Source: Anaerolineales bacterium (lineage in GTDB: Bacteria; Chloroflexota; Anaerolineae; Anaerolineales; RBG-16-64-43). Taken from it: a DNA stretch of 45,046 bases. Positions 42,607-45,046 of this stretch are shown here, one piece after another (the first letter of the stretch is position 1; every line of letters starts with the position of its first letter). The notes under the pieces are model-generated. The model worked only from the letters and a program-made list of their open reading frames with translations, searched no databases and was not told the origin of the DNA. A program made the position numbers and the translations under genes. The DNA is taken from positions 1 to 45,046 of the forward strand of contig JBEKDW010000001.1 in NCBI GenBank assembly GCA_050014155.1, given 5' to 3'.

Positions 42607-43863
42607 TTCCAATTCACCCACTATCTCGCCCCATTCGACGGCTGTCAGCTTCACGCGCGAGAAGGTGTTGGGCGCGATCGTTTCCGATTGAACGCGGACG
42701 CGGAGGAAGTTACCGGTTAGCCCATGGCGCAGGCCACAGCGCGTATCCGCCTCCCACAGCACGTCCATCTCGCGGCCGAGGAAACCGCGCGCGAATGCAT
42801 CCGCAGCACAATCGGCCGATTGACGTGCAAGTGCCGCACGCCGGCGGATATCATCGGGCGGGACGGCGTCTTTCATTGCGGTGGCCGCAGTACCCAGCCG
42901 TGGTGAGAATCGAAAGATGTGCAGCCGCGCGAAGTGCATGCGCTCCACGAATTCAAGGCTATCGCGGAACTCCGATTCACTCTCGCCGGGGAAGCCGACC
43001 ATTAGGTCACTGGTCACCGCCAGATCGGGAATCGCCGCGCGGGCGGCATCGACGATGTGTGCGAAATCCTCCGGCGAGCTGCGCCGCGCCATCCGGCGCA
43101 GTGTTGCCGCGCAGCCGGATTGCAGCGGCAAGTGCAGATGCGGGCACACACGTGCGTCCCGCCACAGGCGGAAAAATTCCGAACGCAGGTCCCAAGGTTC
43201 GACCGAAGAGAGACGGACGCGCGGAATTGCGGTTTTCATCAGGACTATTTCAAGCAACCGCTCCAGCCCGAATTCCAATCCCAGGTCTTTCCCCCATGCG
43301 CCGAGGTGCACGCCCGCCAGCACAGCCTCCTTGGCCCCGGCGCTTTCCGCTGCGAGAATATCCTCCACGACGTCATCCGCATTCCGGCTGCGGATCGGCC
43401 CGCGGGCCAACCGCGTGACGCAATACGTGCAGGCGTTGTCGCAGCCGTCCTGTACTTTAATGTAGGCACGGGTCCGGCGTCGGTGTCCATCGGGCGGACG
43501 ATCCTGCCGGATCGCACTGGATTTTTCTTCCCCGTCAAGGAGTATGGATATGGTGCGGTCTTTTTCTGTATTGGGGATCACCCGAACCACGCCGGGCAGC
43601 GCGGCGGCGCGCTCCGGCTCCATCGTCGCCCAGCAGCCGGTAAGCGCGAGGCGCGCGGCGGGGTTGCGCGCGTGCGCGGAACGGGCTTTCTGCCGGCTGT
43701 CGCGTTCCGCTTCGCGCGTCACCGTGCAGGTGTTGATTAGGATGAGATCGGCTTCTTCCATCTGACCGGTCACTTCATAGTGGAGCGCGCGCGCTTCCGC
43801 CGCCATCGCGTCAATCTCCGCCTGGTTCACCCGGCAACCGACCATGTCGAAAAAGATTTTCAC
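42586..43863 (-). CDS. mtaB: MiaB-family radical-SAM methylthiotransferase, MtaB-like
   Basis: N-terminal UPF0004 cysteines (GCRVNQAE..., NTCTVT, TGC), the radical-SAM motif CDNACTYC, and a C-terminal TRAM-like segment. Confidence 0.75.
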   Translation of the reverse strand: MKIFFDMVGCRVNQAEIDAMAAEARALHYEVTGQMEEADLILINTCTVTREAERDSRQKARSAHARNPAARLALTGCWATMEPERAAALPGVVRVIPNTEKDRTISILLDGEEKSSAIRQDRPPDGHRRRTRAYIKVQDGCDNACTYCVTRLARGPIRSRNADDVVEDILAAESAGAKEAVLAGVHLGAWGKDLGLEFGLERLLEIVLMKTAIPRVRLSSVEPWDLRSEFFRLWRDARVCPHLHLPLQSGCAATLRRMARRSSPEDFAHIVDAARAAIPDLAVTSDLMVGFPGESESEFRDSLEFVERMHFARLHIFRFSPRLGTAATAMKDAVPPDDIRRRAALARQSADCAADAFARGFLGREMDVLWEADTRCGLRHGLTGNFLRVRVQSETIAPNTFSRVKLTAVEWGEIVGELESRITRK

Positions 43864-43910
43864 GGTTACTTGTCCGTCATGAGAGGACCATCCAATCCAC
43901 TCTCTCCTGG

Positions 43911-43949
43911 CCTCTCCCTCCTTCCCGTAAAAAGGGAAGGAGGGAGAGG
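43911..43949. repeat. Perfect 16-bp-stem hairpin made of a polypyrimidine and a polypurine arm
   Basis: CCTCTCCCTCCTTCCC-GTAAAAA-GGGAAGGAGGGAGAGG. It lies between the lectin-like lipoprotein gene and mtaB and has no U-tract on either strand. Confidence 0.7.
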
Positions 43950-43976
43950 GAGGGGAGAGGAAGGAAAGGATGGAGT

Positions 43977-44606
43977 TTACGGTTTCCGCACGATGAAATT
44001 ATCGAAGTAGAGATCCGTACCGGGTTGATCGTAGGTTCCCAGCCAGAGGCCGGCGTCGCCGCCGGGAAAATCCGAGTCTGTCGCGGAGGCGACCAACGTA
44101 TCGTTAACGTACAGAGAAAGCTTATCGCCGACGCAGTCCGCGCGGAGATGGTTGGCAGCCGGCCCCGGGTGGATGTTTGGATCGGTTTTCATCGACGTTC
44201 CCGAAAGCATCGCCAGATCGCTGCCGGAAGTCCGCTTGGCGATTCCGGCCTGGCCGTCGCCGGAGATCATCAGGATGTAAAAGTTCTTCTCGTCCCGGTA
44301 ACGGCATAGCACGCCGAACACGTCCTGATCGGCGCCCGCTTTCTTGGTCACGTCCACCTCGATCCGCACGTCGTTGGGAAAATCCCGGTGGGCGGTCGCC
44401 CACATGTAGTAATCGGGGGTGGCGGAGAAGATCCGGTACATTCCGCCGGCGTAATCCGTCACACCGTCGGCTCCGGTGGCGCGGTCCCAGCCGCTGGCGG
44501 AATTGGAAAAATCATCCTGGTAATAGACGTCGCCCAGCGGCATACTTGAAGGGGCGCATCCACCGAGTGCGAGGGCAAAAAAACAGATTACCAGCCAGCG
44601 TCTCAT
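43977..44606 (-). CDS. Lipoprotein with jelly-roll lectin-like (LamG/DUF1080-like) domain (third paralog)
   Basis: The start MRRWLVICFFALALGGC has a lipobox. The domain pattern DDFSNSASGW...FPNDVRIEVDV......FGVLCRY.D..NFY...ISGDG...NDTLVA...D.DFPGGDAGLW......DLYFDNF is shared with 10899-11774 and 11771-12640. Confidence 0.65.
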   Translation of the reverse strand: MRRWLVICFFALALGGCAPSSMPLGDVYYQDDFSNSASGWDRATGADGVTDYAGGMYRIFSATPDYYMWATAHRDFPNDVRIEVDVTKKAGADQDVFGVLCRYRDEKNFYILMISGDGQAGIAKRTSGSDLAMLSGTSMKTDPNIHPGPAANHLRADCVGDKLSLYVNDTLVASATDSDFPGGDAGLWLGTYDQPGTDLYFDNFIVRKP

Positions 44607-44708
44607 GATGCGAGAACCGATCTCCTGCCAACGTTTTGTACGGACTGTCGCATGGCGCATAGAATACAACACTCTTTCGAATGTGGCAATATGCGGCGTC
44701 CGCGATTT

Positions 44709-44747
44709 ACAAAAATAAAACCTCCGCCGAGCTGCGCCCGACGGAGG
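44709..44747 (-). terminator. Terminator-like hairpin plus U-tract inside the upstream region of the lipoprotein gene (attenuator or sRNA end?)
   Basis: The minus strand reads CCTCCG...CGGAGG (interrupted extension) followed by TTTTATTTTTG. It is located 103-141 nt upstream of the ATG at 44606. Confidence 0.4.
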
Positions 44748-44944
44748 CTTACCCAAAGAGGAAGGAATGTTTCTGACGGGATTCCTTCTTTATCGATATA
44801 TTAGAGCATTTCCTCCGGGTTGTCACGGCCGAATGTCATGGGAAAGGGTGTATGTTCATCGTATAATGCCGGAGTGACTCTATTTTTTATGGAAAGCTTA
44901 CGCCGCGATTGGCAATCTTACGCCGAATTTTTTACGAAGATTTT

Positions 44945-45046
44945 ATGAAAGATCTCCACGCGCTCCGCGCCCGTCTGCGCCATGCCGGATTGAATCCGGC
45001 CTCGTCACTCCCTCGGCCGCGCCCGAAGGCGGCCCTGCTGCCCGCC
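44945..45046 (+). CDS. Start of an unidentified CDS (3-prime partial, runs off the window)
   Basis: ATG at 44945, frame open to the window end (MKDLHALRARLRHAGLNPAS...). A TATAAT lies at 44862-44867 upstream. Too short to identify. Confidence 0.3.
   Translation, partial: MKDLHALRARLRHAGLNPASSLPRPRPKAALLPA

Overview
This is a gene-dense, high-GC bacterial chromosomal window (roughly 60-65% G+C by eye). About 45 credible CDSs lie on both strands, and many are joined by ATGA, GTGA, TTGA or TGATG start/stop overlaps.

Housekeeping genes include holA, holB, an HU gene, lipA, surE, proC, murJ, efp, mtaB, apbE and RNase HI. Many secreted proteins or lipoproteins carry Pro/Thr-rich linkers, and there are SpoVS-like and GerMN-like proteins. 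By inference only, this suggests a Chloroflexota-like organism. I found no rRNA, tRNA, CRISPR array, transposase or integrase.

Items worth a second look:
1. An operon at 25.7-30.9 kb encodes two single-pass membrane proteins of opposite topology: exo-vWA/cyto-FHA and cyto-PP2C/exo-FecR. A third, secreted protein follows. Its C-terminal Pro/Thr tail is conserved with the PP2C protein, the differences are mostly synonymous, and the gene is broken by two compensating frameshifts.
2. A low-GC island of about 3 kb (23.9-26.9 kb) carries a TPR gene interrupted by a single in-frame TGA.
3. A family of about 120-145 bp palindromic MITE/REP-like elements has GTCATTCCGAG...CTCGGAATGAC ends. There are at least 4.5 copies, including a 149-nt-period tandem array, plus two short relatives and a second small repeat family.
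4. A tightly coupled trio encodes a C39-like peptidase/TPR protein, MurJ and a radical-SAM/SPASM-like protein.
5. A PepSY / small protein / ApbE / ferric-reductase-TM cluster has no recognisable FMN-binding substrate domain. It lies divergent from a two-component system.
6. EF-P has Arg at the loop tip (KPGRG) and is co-transcribed with an 8-Cys protein of unknown function.
7. A SpoVS-like protein lacks about 20 internal residues.
8. Several genes have a -10 box only 6-9 nt upstream of the start codon, suggesting leaderless mRNAs.

No complete, clearly novel system can be proven from sequence alone. All functional calls rest on motif recognition and need HMM or BLAST confirmation.
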